From a virus (lineage: Duplodnaviria > Caudoviricetes), in IMG/VR virus record IMGVR_UViG_3300033067_002502, positions 64,001 to 128,000 of that record: a stretch of 64,000 nt of DNA. One strand, 5' to 3'. A program made the translations under genes and the position numbers. Numbering within the stretch: the stretch's first letter is position 1; each line of letters starts with the position of its first letter. The notes beneath the pieces are model-generated. The model was not told where the DNA came from. It saw nothing but the letters and a program-made list of their open reading frames with translations, and ran no database searches. Of the stretch, positions 36,101 through 44,511 are shown piece by piece.

Positions 36101-37155
36101 TTTTTGTTGTTGGAGGATCTCCAGATAGGAATGTTGATCAATATCAAAAAATAAGAATATCTGATAAGTATGTTGCGTTTTCAACATATGTTGATTTGCA
36201 AAAACCTATTACTGTTATCAATGATTGTTTTTTAGAATTTGATATAATAGGAGTTCCTGGTACTTATGCATATCGTTTAAGAAACGATAACGATCAAAAT
36301 TGGTCAGAATGGCTACCAATTGGTCCTGATATACCTGCTCAAACTCAAACAGATACAAATTCTACAAAAATAGAAAGAGATTTTTTCAAAGCTTACTTTA
36401 CTCAAAGGGATGTTTTTGTTGCTCCTTGGGTTGTTTCTCCTGGAAATGGAACTAAGAGAGTATGCTGTGAAATATTAACGTTTTTTGGAAAAACTGAAAC
36501 TTTTTGTATTGATTTTATGGCTATATATGATGATTTAGAGTATACTATTGATTTATTTTTTGATAGCGAATTATCTCAACCAGTTCCTAAGTATAAAAAT
36601 TATATGGTAGTAAGTGAATCTAAAACAAAAACCATTATAGATGAAAGTAATCTAACTTCTATAAAAGAAGATATTGAAAAAATTTCAACAATATATGCGA
36701 AAATAGAATTCAAAAACAAGAACAAAATAAATATAATTGAAAAGATTCAATCTATAGAAAGATTTAATTATATAAATCCTATAACGATTAGTGTTTACCA
36801 ACAAGGGTTAAATGATCAATTACTGATTCCTTTGACTAAAATAAAAGAAGGTATATATAGTGGATCTTTTTCTGTTGATAAAGATGATGGAGTTGTTAAT
36901 ATAGATGGTTTGGCTATGATTGTCGTTAACGTTCCTGGTCAATGTAAATCTGTTAGTTTTGAAGATCTTTCTATTAGGGCCTCTAATTTTGATGTAACCA
37001 ATACATTAGATCAAAGCGTTAAAATATTTAATGATTTTACAATTTTTAAAGATAAGTATAAAACAGATGACGTTAAAGGGTCTTTTGCTAATCCTAATTA
37101 TTATAAAACGAAGAAATTTGGAATTTCTTCTATTCAGAAACCTTGGCTAGAGTAA
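30133..37155 (+). CDS. Giant multidomain structural protein (beta-propeller blades, DUF642-like carbohydrate-binding domain, Ig-like repeats)
   Basis: GTG 30133 with SD GGAG 30119-30122; blades HVVWQSNRDNFWNIYY and LVSWQDNRSGEYQIY; IPNGSFED...GPQIDNV domain at about 33358-33867. Confidence 0.75.
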   Translation: MPVKLKLQPFSSTIAQTKSIVFVLSDLDFSKKYRISFENATLDRLAKIISCDNGSIIGDKVIISQVESFSGKLDLNLYDSDSVSVVSIYANVEEYKELEEWGISDIAAFSFQIENSSKKTTGDKISIYPPFVGLEQRATISIQTEPNSTVQIIINSKRFIVKSNFSGLGSFSFRAIDVLGGSSFSSNTLQKFPITYAKSNDEYKEIYDSGSFIHFVPENMKALQSTNSGSTECAILDAEPGEGLTLEKLDKYCIDGAVVGSLSVFDKDTSDFYNSKVGFCTEPEKVYPIEGNDSVCRIFNSTSSSILKDGSGLVVFSSQETFENETQPFPILASRIFVAGTHSSLKYKGNIVRDGSIISPPKFYHTVTPSNVLVNEIYSITFRSDDSSFFEIRYTSLEGTVSEVVSGFVTLINNDFNLSSLGIKAVNQNSFIELKSDNRFAINAVVISGQATLTVALKSNKTLDLITDKNGVNDSGNTVVFLFPKVGYQYHSIVSRDLVNNIIRIEVPSGFNNGIGPDIYENIYCQQFVIVDLTKNASSLSLIDINPLPYIYDTFGREVSCVYPVITTRLIESSKEELAYVVCQAPVDGIYQIFFFSFKIGSPIENTEWKQLTFVGENKNAKIKCDKMGNLHIIWESDRIGPTQLYYSLIGPASKYTSNSVLMAVLDKSIIQNSGVDLVTISDPPNSIQDTWTRVISNNGKVSISDSEFVAIEGSPSEDSAMALYSLSKDEFGNDIPWSFGQLSYQLSFDLLMTLPSTGIMNEKDIESEFSTWKDSFTPVGDYKYEKDGNIYTLDSYSNFYQGIIPICGSYKFNPSNLTVSYGEKTVSEIDHNYPLTYVSLEGAVALSEPSNIRHFMLAMMPEKVRFKAKNIESHTQYCERLGVSSFDCTGFINEVGYEIDTGRYKLALFVSTSDNPSSGSSAKKNYKISRFLSGYIDFKNTKNIKISVHYSKETSDYIEGVSIRENRSISNEYRYSGDIIISVENSIVFATSFLSDFSDQYRKFDIALGFPPGQGITINESVPYKGNMYENGSFKQIFSHINIGSHSIKLNENYVDICKFDRDTSQMVILEKINNIIPNGSFEDTVLPYSSNTELLNGYKGVTGWTSGNSVNYKRLISSDNSVTSWIELTGNSVSSKGYIYRDFPTSIGKEYIVSFDISNHVNIYLQGSSVTKKVRVVANTTSSDFLITSTATEVSALEWQTRSFSFIASSSQTTITFTNSSNQFGDIRDIEYGPQIDNVVVVAESDLNDELSSFTTAENLMVDQSEFDLNYSLNATDKFSQLPITLSLEFQNKNPDIFIDKIDKAHVVWQSNRDNFWNIYYSGFRLRGEPFEFDTRISQSESSSVNPSISVDGRGRRLVSWQDNRSGEYQIYAAISKSIDDKMVDICKQNESDEYVYQWNSLVDPYLDPYVLPISQMNCSVEFTFIPSSSGLYHFNLLFYEDREHTIPYKFINSKSSISGWFVDSNQIPYEGISAEGGSSYVVSYKPSYEDDLSDKVLYVFVEFEINASPVDYNNSTNVIMLRAYSGLNLNISRKEDNSYSSMFEFEGLSPIQVDSQSETSINAGSFNGMIFESPLSKLPGVSIGDKVKSVLLHFDPVGLSGSVSSIIRFTSPISAIFLSNSSLITSKESFGYPGVKYSESSGIELESLDSVTISSDRKTMTILSNINQSVDEIRVLLSDSSSVVGESEFVYYCPSEQSSRCDVKCEFSNNQESNIFVHFRVSFYADAEKTDIIVSSFTKTDTLNWLVGSSSFPVEGLLVDSNQSINAVYSPEIIPFELYESQASLLFSNNISRQPLICGSIYHVVIESYVNDTFYVESESSFVCPCYKTDSDSWDSEKDSISWICSGQGFEDFRISITDNLCLYPKISVTSFDLFYITWQDFRYSRIDKNKSIISSDCFMGIYDSNSNEFICSGQGAYDRRLTNFSSSKLLLHDYSVFVDPFQNINLITHDGNTVYHQSCSLGCELTEISKNVTLPCMFTDETDSSFFVVGGSPDRNVDQYQKIRISDKYVAFSTYVDLQKPITVINDCFLEFDIIGVPGTYAYRLRNDNDQNWSEWLPIGPDIPAQTQTDTNSTKIERDFFKAYFTQRDVFVAPWVVSPGNGTKRVCCEILTFFGKTETFCIDFMAIYDDLEYTIDLFFDSELSQPVPKYKNYMVVSESKTKTIIDESNLTSIKEDIEKISTIYAKIEFKNKNKINIIEKIQSIERFNYINPITISVYQQGLNDQLLIPLTKIKEGIYSGSFSVDKDDGVVNIDGLAMIVVNVPGQCKSVSFEDLSIRASNFDVTNTLDQSVKIFNDFTIFKDKYKTDDVKGSFANPNYYKTKKFGISSIQKPWLE

Positions 37156-37171
37156 GGAGTGGTGGTGAAAA

Positions 37172-38248
37172 ATGGCTGGCAATCCCAATATAAAAGTTTA
37201 TTTTGAAAATTCAGTTGGAGAGGTTTTAGGGAACAAAGGCTCTAGAATTTTTAATTCCATAGTTAAAAATGCGGAAATACAATTTAAGATATATATAGAA
37301 AATTCAGGAGATACTGGCACTACTTTAGTGATTCCTAGAAGCGGTATATCTTTAATTACTAATAGTTCAGGATTTTTGGTAAATAGTCCAACATTAAACT
37401 CTTCTATTGGTATTTTTTACGGAGATAGCGGTTCTTATGTTTCAGTTCTTATTAATTCTTCTAGCATTGGTAGTAAATTTATAACTATTTCTATAGAATC
37501 AAATGATCCGAATATTGATAAATTTGAATATACATTTTATTTTGAAATAATAGGAGTTGATACTTCTGGAGCTATAGATTCTTCAGATATTTCAGTAGTA
37601 TATAATGGCCTTCTTTATCCGTTAAATGGAACTATTAATCTTGGTTTTATTCCTGAGTTTTCGACTATGGATATTCCTTTTCAAATATTTAATTACGGAA
37701 CAGGATCTCTTGTTATACCTCAAAATGGTATAACAATAACAGTATTTGGTAATAATGAAAGTCTTATTTTAGATCCATCATCTACAGAAGAAATTTCTAT
37801 TTCTTATAATTTATTTTCTACTTTTAAAGTTAGAATTGATACTTCTTCTTTAGGATTGAAATCTTTTATTATTACTATTGTCTCAAATGATTCTTTAAAA
37901 ACACCTTTTATTATTACAGTTAATTATATAGTAGCATCTACATTTGATTTATTTGTAAAAGAATCTTCTGAAGAAGTTATTGATCAAGAAGTTTTGAGTC
38001 TTGGATCTTTTGATAAGAAGTCGATAATAAATAGAAATATAAGTCTTAGTAACAAGGGAATATCTTATGGGATTAGGTTACTTAGTTTTATTTCTGATGG
38101 AGACATTACTCTTAGCGGAATTCCTTCTTTGCCTTTTGTTTTGCAGCCAAATGAAAAAAATTCTTTACAGATTGTTGCTAAATTAGGATCTACTGTTCTT
38201 GGTAAAAGAAATGCCTCTTTAGGTTTTCAGTGGGAAGTTTCTGCTTAA
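37172..38248 (+). CDS. Protein with three ASH / choice-of-anchor-D type Ig-like domains
   Basis: Repeats IENSGDTGTTLVIP / IFNYGTGSLVIP / LSNKG, with GxKxxxIxIxSND ends. Confidence 0.7.
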   Translation: MAGNPNIKVYFENSVGEVLGNKGSRIFNSIVKNAEIQFKIYIENSGDTGTTLVIPRSGISLITNSSGFLVNSPTLNSSIGIFYGDSGSYVSVLINSSSIGSKFITISIESNDPNIDKFEYTFYFEIIGVDTSGAIDSSDISVVYNGLLYPLNGTINLGFIPEFSTMDIPFQIFNYGTGSLVIPQNGITITVFGNNESLILDPSSTEEISISYNLFSTFKVRIDTSSLGLKSFIITIVSNDSLKTPFIITVNYIVASTFDLFVKESSEEVIDQEVLSLGSFDKKSIINRNISLSNKGISYGIRLLSFISDGDITLSGIPSLPFVLQPNEKNSLQIVAKLGSTVLGKRNASLGFQWEVSA

Positions 38249-38261
38249 TTAAGGAAATAGT

Positions 38262-40463
38262 ATGGCTGACATTATTTATTCTGAATATCTTTTTTCTGCT
38301 GAAAATCTAGTACAGTCCGGTGGTTTTAGTTGGAGTAATTTAAATAATGCCATAGGAGAAAATTCTTCTTTAACAAGTGCTTCTTTTTCATATGCTGATA
38401 CACCTAATTTTATTACTGACTTTTTTAAAGCGGTATTTGATGATAATAGTCGTATACTTTATTTTCAAACAATTAACGGATATGAGGTAGGAAGTGTAGA
38501 ATATCGTATAAAATATAAAATTATATGGACATCTGCCGCATCAGTTATAGATGTATCTTCTTCTTTCAATCTTGCTCTAAATGATGTTGTTGTAACAGAT
38601 TATTTTCCATCTATAACAAATGGTTCTTTTTATGCAGAATCTGGAAGTGCTGGAGATAGTGAAATTAGAACAATGAGCGTTGTTTTTGAGTCATTAATAA
38701 GCGGGGCTCCTTCTTATGCAGAATTAACAAGCGAAACTTTGAAAGGTTGGATTTCTTTTAATGGCTCTGTTACGGATGACGCTTCTGTAATATGTGAAAT
38801 TTACGAAGTACAGCAAATAATAACTCTTAGAGAGATTGTTCCAGAAATTGTTTATTCTGAGTATCTTCTTGCTGCTGAAAACCTTGCTCAAGGAAGTGGA
38901 ATTATTTGGAATAATCTTGGTAACATAATAGGAGAAAATTCATCTTTAACTGTTTTTTCTAATGCTTATTTTGATATATCTGAAAATTCTGTTTCTGATT
39001 TTCTTGTTGCAAGTTTTAATGACGAAGTTCGTATTCCTTATTTTCAAGCAATTAGTGGGTATCAAATTGGACGTATTGAATATCAGATTAAGTACCAAGG
39101 AATATCTACTGATTATATTTCTGTATTAGATATTGTTGCTGATTATAAACTTTTATTAGAAAATGTTGTTCAAAATAATTTGGTTCCAATTATTGTAAAT
39201 GGAACAATTCATTTAGAAGATTTGGGAAGCGTTGATACTGGAATTAAGACAATGAAAGTGATTTTTGATTCATTGTTAAATGGAGTTCCTTCTTATGATG
39301 ACTTAACGAATAAGACAATTCAAGGCTGGTTATCTTTTAGTCAGTTTAATCTTGATCCGATTAGTCCTGTTTATTGCGATGTTTATGAAATAAAACAAAT
39401 AATAACATTAAGACAGGTTATTTCTGATTCCGTTATATCATTAATTGATGCTGATGCAGGAGTTGAAAGACCTATTCTTATTATGTCTTCTCAGATATCT
39501 GATAGAGGATTTTTTGATCCAGAAACAATACAAACTTTTAATTATATAATAAGGAACGACGGTCCAACAGATTTGATTATAAATTCAATTTCTATTGACA
39601 CTTTAAATATTATAAGATTCGGAATTGCTGGTTCTTTCCCTATTACAATTGAATCTGGTACTAGTTTGTCTTTGTCTTTAGATGTTTCAGTTCCCTATGT
39701 TGGGGCTTTTGTAAATGAACGCATTACTATAAATAATAATTCTAGAAATAATCCTAATTTTATTTTAGCTTTTACCTATTATGGAATTATTTATACTTCG
39801 ACTGTTCCTTTATTAGAGTCTAGATATAATGGAATTTTATTAGAGAAAAATAAAGTTCTTGCTCTTTCTTCTGTTCCATTAAATATATCAAATATAATTT
39901 CAATAGAAGTCTATAATAAAGGAACTAAAGATCTTGCTATTACTTCGTATACTATTGCAGGAAATGCAACAATTGCAGCTGGAACTACTCTTGAATCTGG
40001 TCTTTCTATACAGCCAAATGATTTTAGATTACTTAATTTAAATTTAAATTCAGCTCCTTTAGGAAATAAATCTGCAACTGTAATAATAATATCAAATGAT
40101 GCTGTAAATAATCCTTTTATATTTACTTTTGCATATTCTGTTTTGAATCAGTCAAACGTGGTTCTTTATAATGGATCTAGTATCTTGTCTAACGGAGATA
40201 TTGTTGATTTAACATCTATAGATAAAGGGAAGTCTCTTACAAAATCGTATATTTTAAAGAATAGTGGTATATATAAGACGGTTTCAATTGATTCTATTAT
40301 CGTGGATAGTAGTTTGACTGTTTCTAGTTCTTCTAGTTTTCCTTTTTCTTTATTGCCAAATGCTGAGAATTCTTTAGTTTTTAACATAATGTTTGATACA
40401 GAAAATGCAGGATTAAAAGAAGGGTCTTTTACTATTAATTATAACGAAGGAAGTGTTCCTTAA
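38262..40463 (+). CDS. Protein with a duplicated 192-aa N-terminal domain plus three ASH / choice-of-anchor-D Ig domains
   Basis: IRNDGPTDLII, VYNKGTKDLAI, LKNSG repeats; GNKSATVIIISNDAVNNPF. Confidence 0.7.
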   Translation: MADIIYSEYLFSAENLVQSGGFSWSNLNNAIGENSSLTSASFSYADTPNFITDFFKAVFDDNSRILYFQTINGYEVGSVEYRIKYKIIWTSAASVIDVSSSFNLALNDVVVTDYFPSITNGSFYAESGSAGDSEIRTMSVVFESLISGAPSYAELTSETLKGWISFNGSVTDDASVICEIYEVQQIITLREIVPEIVYSEYLLAAENLAQGSGIIWNNLGNIIGENSSLTVFSNAYFDISENSVSDFLVASFNDEVRIPYFQAISGYQIGRIEYQIKYQGISTDYISVLDIVADYKLLLENVVQNNLVPIIVNGTIHLEDLGSVDTGIKTMKVIFDSLLNGVPSYDDLTNKTIQGWLSFSQFNLDPISPVYCDVYEIKQIITLRQVISDSVISLIDADAGVERPILIMSSQISDRGFFDPETIQTFNYIIRNDGPTDLIINSISIDTLNIIRFGIAGSFPITIESGTSLSLSLDVSVPYVGAFVNERITINNNSRNNPNFILAFTYYGIIYTSTVPLLESRYNGILLEKNKVLALSSVPLNISNIISIEVYNKGTKDLAITSYTIAGNATIAAGTTLESGLSIQPNDFRLLNLNLNSAPLGNKSATVIIISNDAVNNPFIFTFAYSVLNQSNVVLYNGSSILSNGDIVDLTSIDKGKSLTKSYILKNSGIYKTVSIDSIIVDSSLTVSSSSSFPFSLLPNAENSLVFNIMFDTENAGLKEGSFTINYNEGSVP
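38271..39422 (+). repeat. Intragenic tandem duplication, period 576 nt
   Basis: IIYSEYLFSAENL...IGENSSLT...CEIYEVQQIITLR (38271) versus IVYSEYLLAAENL...IGENSSLT...CDVYEIKQIITLR (38847). Confidence 0.9.
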
Positions 40464-42025
40464 TGAGTACTATTGTTGTATCATATAGATGGTCTGTTCC
40501 TGATGAGTTTAATCTATCTTATGATTGGAGAATTATCACACCAGCTGCTACTGTATCAATCCCAACTATACTTACTTCAGGCCCACAGAATGCAATATAT
40601 AGACCAACTTTAATTTTCCCTAATGGAGGGGAGAATCTATTAACTAGAGAGATAGAAATATCGTGGAAAGAGGCACTACCTTCTTCAACGGATAATCTTG
40701 AAATTTGGTATGAGATTTATTTTACAGAAAATTATGATTACATGACAGAGCCTGACTGGAAGATGATTGCTTCAATCCCTTCAAAAATTGGAAAATATCT
40801 TTGGAAAGTAGGAAACAGCATAAAAAGTAAAAATGTAAGAGTTGGAGTAAGAGCTGTTAATAGTAGGGGAGAAAGAAGTGATATGTCTATATCTTCGTCT
40901 TCTTTTTCAATAAAGAGATCTCTTCCTGTTACTCCTTCTGTTATTTCTCCTATTCCTAATCAAAGATATGGAAGTAGTGTTAAGTTTATTTTTGACGATT
41001 CGGCTGTTTTGAATAGTTTTGCTCAAAGATCTAAATATTATATATATTTTAGTTCAGATAAGGCTTCAATTCCTTTTACTCCTGTTGCTCAAAAAATACC
41101 CGTTGGTAGTGGTCCTATTGTTTGGGATACAACATTAATACCCCCTTCTGATGATTATGTTATAACAATATACTTAGCAGATGATGACGGAAACAAGTCA
41201 GAAGAAGTAAATATAAAAGTATCAATTATACAAGAAGGATTTTTCCTTATTGATACAAAGCCTCCTTCTGGATATATTCAAATAAATAATTCTGATCAAT
41301 TTACAAAAAGTGAAGATGTTAGCGTAAGATTATATTCTTATGACGAGGTTACAGGTGTTCATTCTATGCAATTTGTTGAAACATCAGAAACAGACGTAAT
41401 TGGACCGCCAGAATCTTTTGCAAATGTAAAATATTGGAAATTAACAGAAAAAGATGGAACAAAAACCTTAAAAGTTAAATTTCAAGATTATGGAGCTAAT
41501 AGAACGTCTGAAAATGTTAGAACTTTTAGAGTGTTATTTGATGTAAATAATGATGATGTTTCTGATATCGTAGTTCAAAAATCAAATAACAGTGTATGGT
41601 TGTCAAAAAATGGAGAAAATCCATCTATTTATAAAATTGATCCTATAAATTCTTTTATAACATATGTTAATGAAAAAATAAATTGTATATCTTTTTATGA
41701 AGATGTGTTATATGTTTCTGTTAAGACTTCAGATAGTACAGCTTTTGTGTATAGGTGGACTGGGTTTATTTTAGAAGAAGCTTTTAGTATGAGTGATATT
41801 GATTCTGAGATAACAAGCATGTGTCAATATGGTAAGAAATTGTTTTTGGGATGTAGGAATGGTAATCTATATGCTTACGATCAGTCATCTTTATCTCTTG
41901 TTAAGTATTTTGCATTTTCTTTTTATAGATTATATTCTGATAATTCTTTATTATACATTATTCCTTCAAATTCTAAAATAATAACTATATATGATGGAAA
42001 TTTATTTTCAGAGGTAACAGTATGA
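40463..42025 (+). CDS. FN3/Ig-like domains plus a partial beta-propeller; structural protein
   Basis: FPNGGE..IEISW, DTKPPSGYIQINN...DGTKTLKVKFQD Ig signature, ITSMCQYGKKLFLG blade. Confidence 0.65.
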   Translation: MSTIVVSYRWSVPDEFNLSYDWRIITPAATVSIPTILTSGPQNAIYRPTLIFPNGGENLLTREIEISWKEALPSSTDNLEIWYEIYFTENYDYMTEPDWKMIASIPSKIGKYLWKVGNSIKSKNVRVGVRAVNSRGERSDMSISSSSFSIKRSLPVTPSVISPIPNQRYGSSVKFIFDDSAVLNSFAQRSKYYIYFSSDKASIPFTPVAQKIPVGSGPIVWDTTLIPPSDDYVITIYLADDDGNKSEEVNIKVSIIQEGFFLIDTKPPSGYIQINNSDQFTKSEDVSVRLYSYDEVTGVHSMQFVETSETDVIGPPESFANVKYWKLTEKDGTKTLKVKFQDYGANRTSENVRTFRVLFDVNNDDVSDIVVQKSNNSVWLSKNGENPSIYKIDPINSFITYVNEKINCISFYEDVLYVSVKTSDSTAFVYRWTGFILEEAFSMSDIDSEITSMCQYGKKLFLGCRNGNLYAYDQSSLSLVKYFAFSFYRLYSDNSLLYIIPSNSKIITIYDGNLFSEVTV

Positions 42026-43440
42026 GCGTTTTTGATAATCCTAATATTAATGGTTCTTATGTTCTAAATTCAAATAAAATACCTTTATATATAAAAGAAG
42101 AACTTTCTGTATTAAAAATACAGTTTTCTAAATCAGATACATCTTTTACTTCTTATATTTCTGCAAAATCTTGTATTCTTACAGCAGAAGGAGTTAAAAT
42201 CTTTGCTGTTGTGTTTCAAGACACGAGCGGCAACGAAGTAACAGATATACAAATTCCTTTAATAGGTCAAACTATTGATTATTTAGTCAAATCCATAAAT
42301 AGTTATTCTGACATAGTAGCAGATGTTGTTAATTATTCAGGATTTACTTCAACTTTATTATTAAAAGATACAGCTTTTGTAGATATAACAAATAAGTGGT
42401 CATATTTTAATTCAGAAAACATAGATATAAATTCTTCATATTCTTCTCTTGATGTTGATTTGCGATTCTTTTTAACAACTCCACAGCCTATTTCTATTCA
42501 AAAAAATCTAACTCAGTCTCTTGGCGGTTTTGTTAGTCTTGGGGAAATTTATCAAGGAGCTTTACTTCTTGATTCTTTATCTATTTATGATAGTTCTTTA
42601 TCTATAAATGAAAAAGAAATAAGTTCTGATTTTTCTTTATCTGATTTTCAAAGTAGTCAATATTTACAAATTAATGATGAAATAATTAAAATAGATAAAT
42701 GGATAGGAAGTAAAGCTTACATTTCTGAAAGAAATTCTTTTGATACTCCTTTAAGGATGCATTCAGCAAATTCTGTTATTAGAAAAATAGCAAAAAACGA
42801 TTTTTTTGATAATAAATTGAGTTCTGACAGGAAACAGTATAGGTGTTTAGCTATAAAAAACACAAATAAAACTGATGTTGCTAAAAATATGAAGGTATTT
42901 CTTAGATTATATAGTAGAAATAACTTGTCAGTTATACGTTTAGCTATAGAGTCCCCTATTAGCGATTATTATGAAGGCGTTTCTTCTTCAACAGGTTTAA
43001 CCGCATTTTCTGTTATAGGACTAATAGGAAATTTTGAAAGTTCTCATTTTGTTGCATCTCCTATTGTTTTTACAAGTGGAGTAAATACAGGACAGATTAG
43101 GATAATAAAATCATATAATCCCACAAGTGGGACTATAGAGCTAGATCAAAGATTGCCATTTTCTATAAGCTCGGGTGATTCTTTTTACATAGACACAGCC
43201 CCTTGTCAAAGAGTTAAGTCTGGAACAAAGCCTCCGAGCGGAGATCGTGTTTCTGCTTTTTTTGACGCAAATAGAGAAGAAGATGCTATTTCTATAAATA
43301 TAGGCGAAAATAGGATTAGCGGGAATGATTTGCTGCCAAATGAAGTTATTTATATATGGATAGAAAGAGGCATATCTGATATAAATGATGAATTTATAAA
43401 TAATAGATTTTCTTTAAGTGTAATATACAGTAAAATTTGA
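42022..43440 (+). CDS. Hypothetical virion structural protein
   Basis: ATGA overlap; SLGGFVS, YRCLAIKNTN, TSGVNTGQIRIIKSY, IYIWIER motifs of the kind seen in phage structural proteins. Confidence 0.65.
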   Translation: MSVFDNPNINGSYVLNSNKIPLYIKEELSVLKIQFSKSDTSFTSYISAKSCILTAEGVKIFAVVFQDTSGNEVTDIQIPLIGQTIDYLVKSINSYSDIVADVVNYSGFTSTLLLKDTAFVDITNKWSYFNSENIDINSSYSSLDVDLRFFLTTPQPISIQKNLTQSLGGFVSLGEIYQGALLLDSLSIYDSSLSINEKEISSDFSLSDFQSSQYLQINDEIIKIDKWIGSKAYISERNSFDTPLRMHSANSVIRKIAKNDFFDNKLSSDRKQYRCLAIKNTNKTDVAKNMKVFLRLYSRNNLSVIRLAIESPISDYYEGVSSSTGLTAFSVIGLIGNFESSHFVASPIVFTSGVNTGQIRIIKSYNPTSGTIELDQRLPFSISSGDSFYIDTAPCQRVKSGTKPPSGDRVSAFFDANREEDAISINIGENRISGNDLLPNEVIYIWIERGISDINDEFINNRFSLSVIYSKI

Positions 43441-43441
43441 T

Positions 43442-44509
43442 ATGGAAACAATAAATTTAAATATAAATAAAAAAGAATACTCAAATTCTTTAATTCAAAA
43501 TGTAGAATTTTTAATTAAATTCGAGTCAGTTCCTTTTAAGGAAGAATTAAGCGATCAATTATTACAGTCTAGCGGAAGTCAATATTTTTTTATAGAAAAA
43601 TCGTTACAAGGTAACGGAGCAAGAATGAGACCTCAATCTTCTTTATTTCTTCCTTTGTTACTTACTAAATTAGATGAATTTTCTTTTGGATTTTGGTTAA
43701 ATCCATTTTGGATTTCTCCAACTATAAGTCCTGTTACAAATATGCCTGTTTATTACAGAATGTCTTTATTTGATAAATCTAATTACTCATATTCAAGTTC
43801 TTCTGGATTTGTAAGTCCTGTAGATGGTTCTTTTTCAATATACGAAGAAAGCAGAGATGACGGATTTAATGTTATGAAGATACATCTTATATCTTTTGAC
43901 GGTAAAGAAATTGTAGTTGAAACAGAGTCATATGAATCTAATAAATTCCATCATTTCTGGATAGCGTATTATGGATTAAGTAGAAAATTGAATGTATATA
44001 TTGACGGAAAGCTTGTTAAATTAATTTCAGAAGACGGATTACCTATTCCAGAAAGCTTGAATAATAATTCTTCTGTTTATTTCCATATAAATAATTCTGC
44101 TATTGGATATGGATCTTTACTAAGGCATAATGCTGGATTTATTGATGAATTGGTTTTCATAAGTCAATTTATTGCTAATTCTAAAACAATATCTGATATA
44201 ATAAATTTAGGAGTTGAATATGTTGTTGATCAAAAATTATTATATCAAGGATTGGTAAATAATTGTTTTGTTTTTGATGATCCAACATCTTTAGGAGTAA
44301 CGTCTGTTTTAAGTAATGGAAAGAATTTTTATGCAGGTAGAAGTGATGGATCTCTTTTTAAAGGAGATAGGACTATGTGGCAAGTTAGAAGAGATTTTTC
44401 TAATAGAGAGGAAATCAATTCTGTAAAGAAAAAAATCTTTGATGAAAATTCAGTGGTTAATATTGAGTCCGGTTCTTTAAAATTATTCAAGGCATCTGTT
44501 AGGATATAA
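43442..44509 (+). CDS. LamG/concanavalin A-like domain protein
   Basis: FSFGFWL, FHHFWIAY, NVYIDGK, GFIDEL. Confidence 0.75.
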   Translation: METINLNINKKEYSNSLIQNVEFLIKFESVPFKEELSDQLLQSSGSQYFFIEKSLQGNGARMRPQSSLFLPLLLTKLDEFSFGFWLNPFWISPTISPVTNMPVYYRMSLFDKSNYSYSSSSGFVSPVDGSFSIYEESRDDGFNVMKIHLISFDGKEIVVETESYESNKFHHFWIAYYGLSRKLNVYIDGKLVKLISEDGLPIPESLNNNSSVYFHINNSAIGYGSLLRHNAGFIDELVFISQFIANSKTISDIINLGVEYVVDQKLLYQGLVNNCFVFDDPTSLGVTSVLSNGKNFYAGRSDGSLFKGDRTMWQVRRDFSNREEINSVKKKIFDENSVVNIESGSLKLFKASVRI

Positions 44510-44511
44510 AA

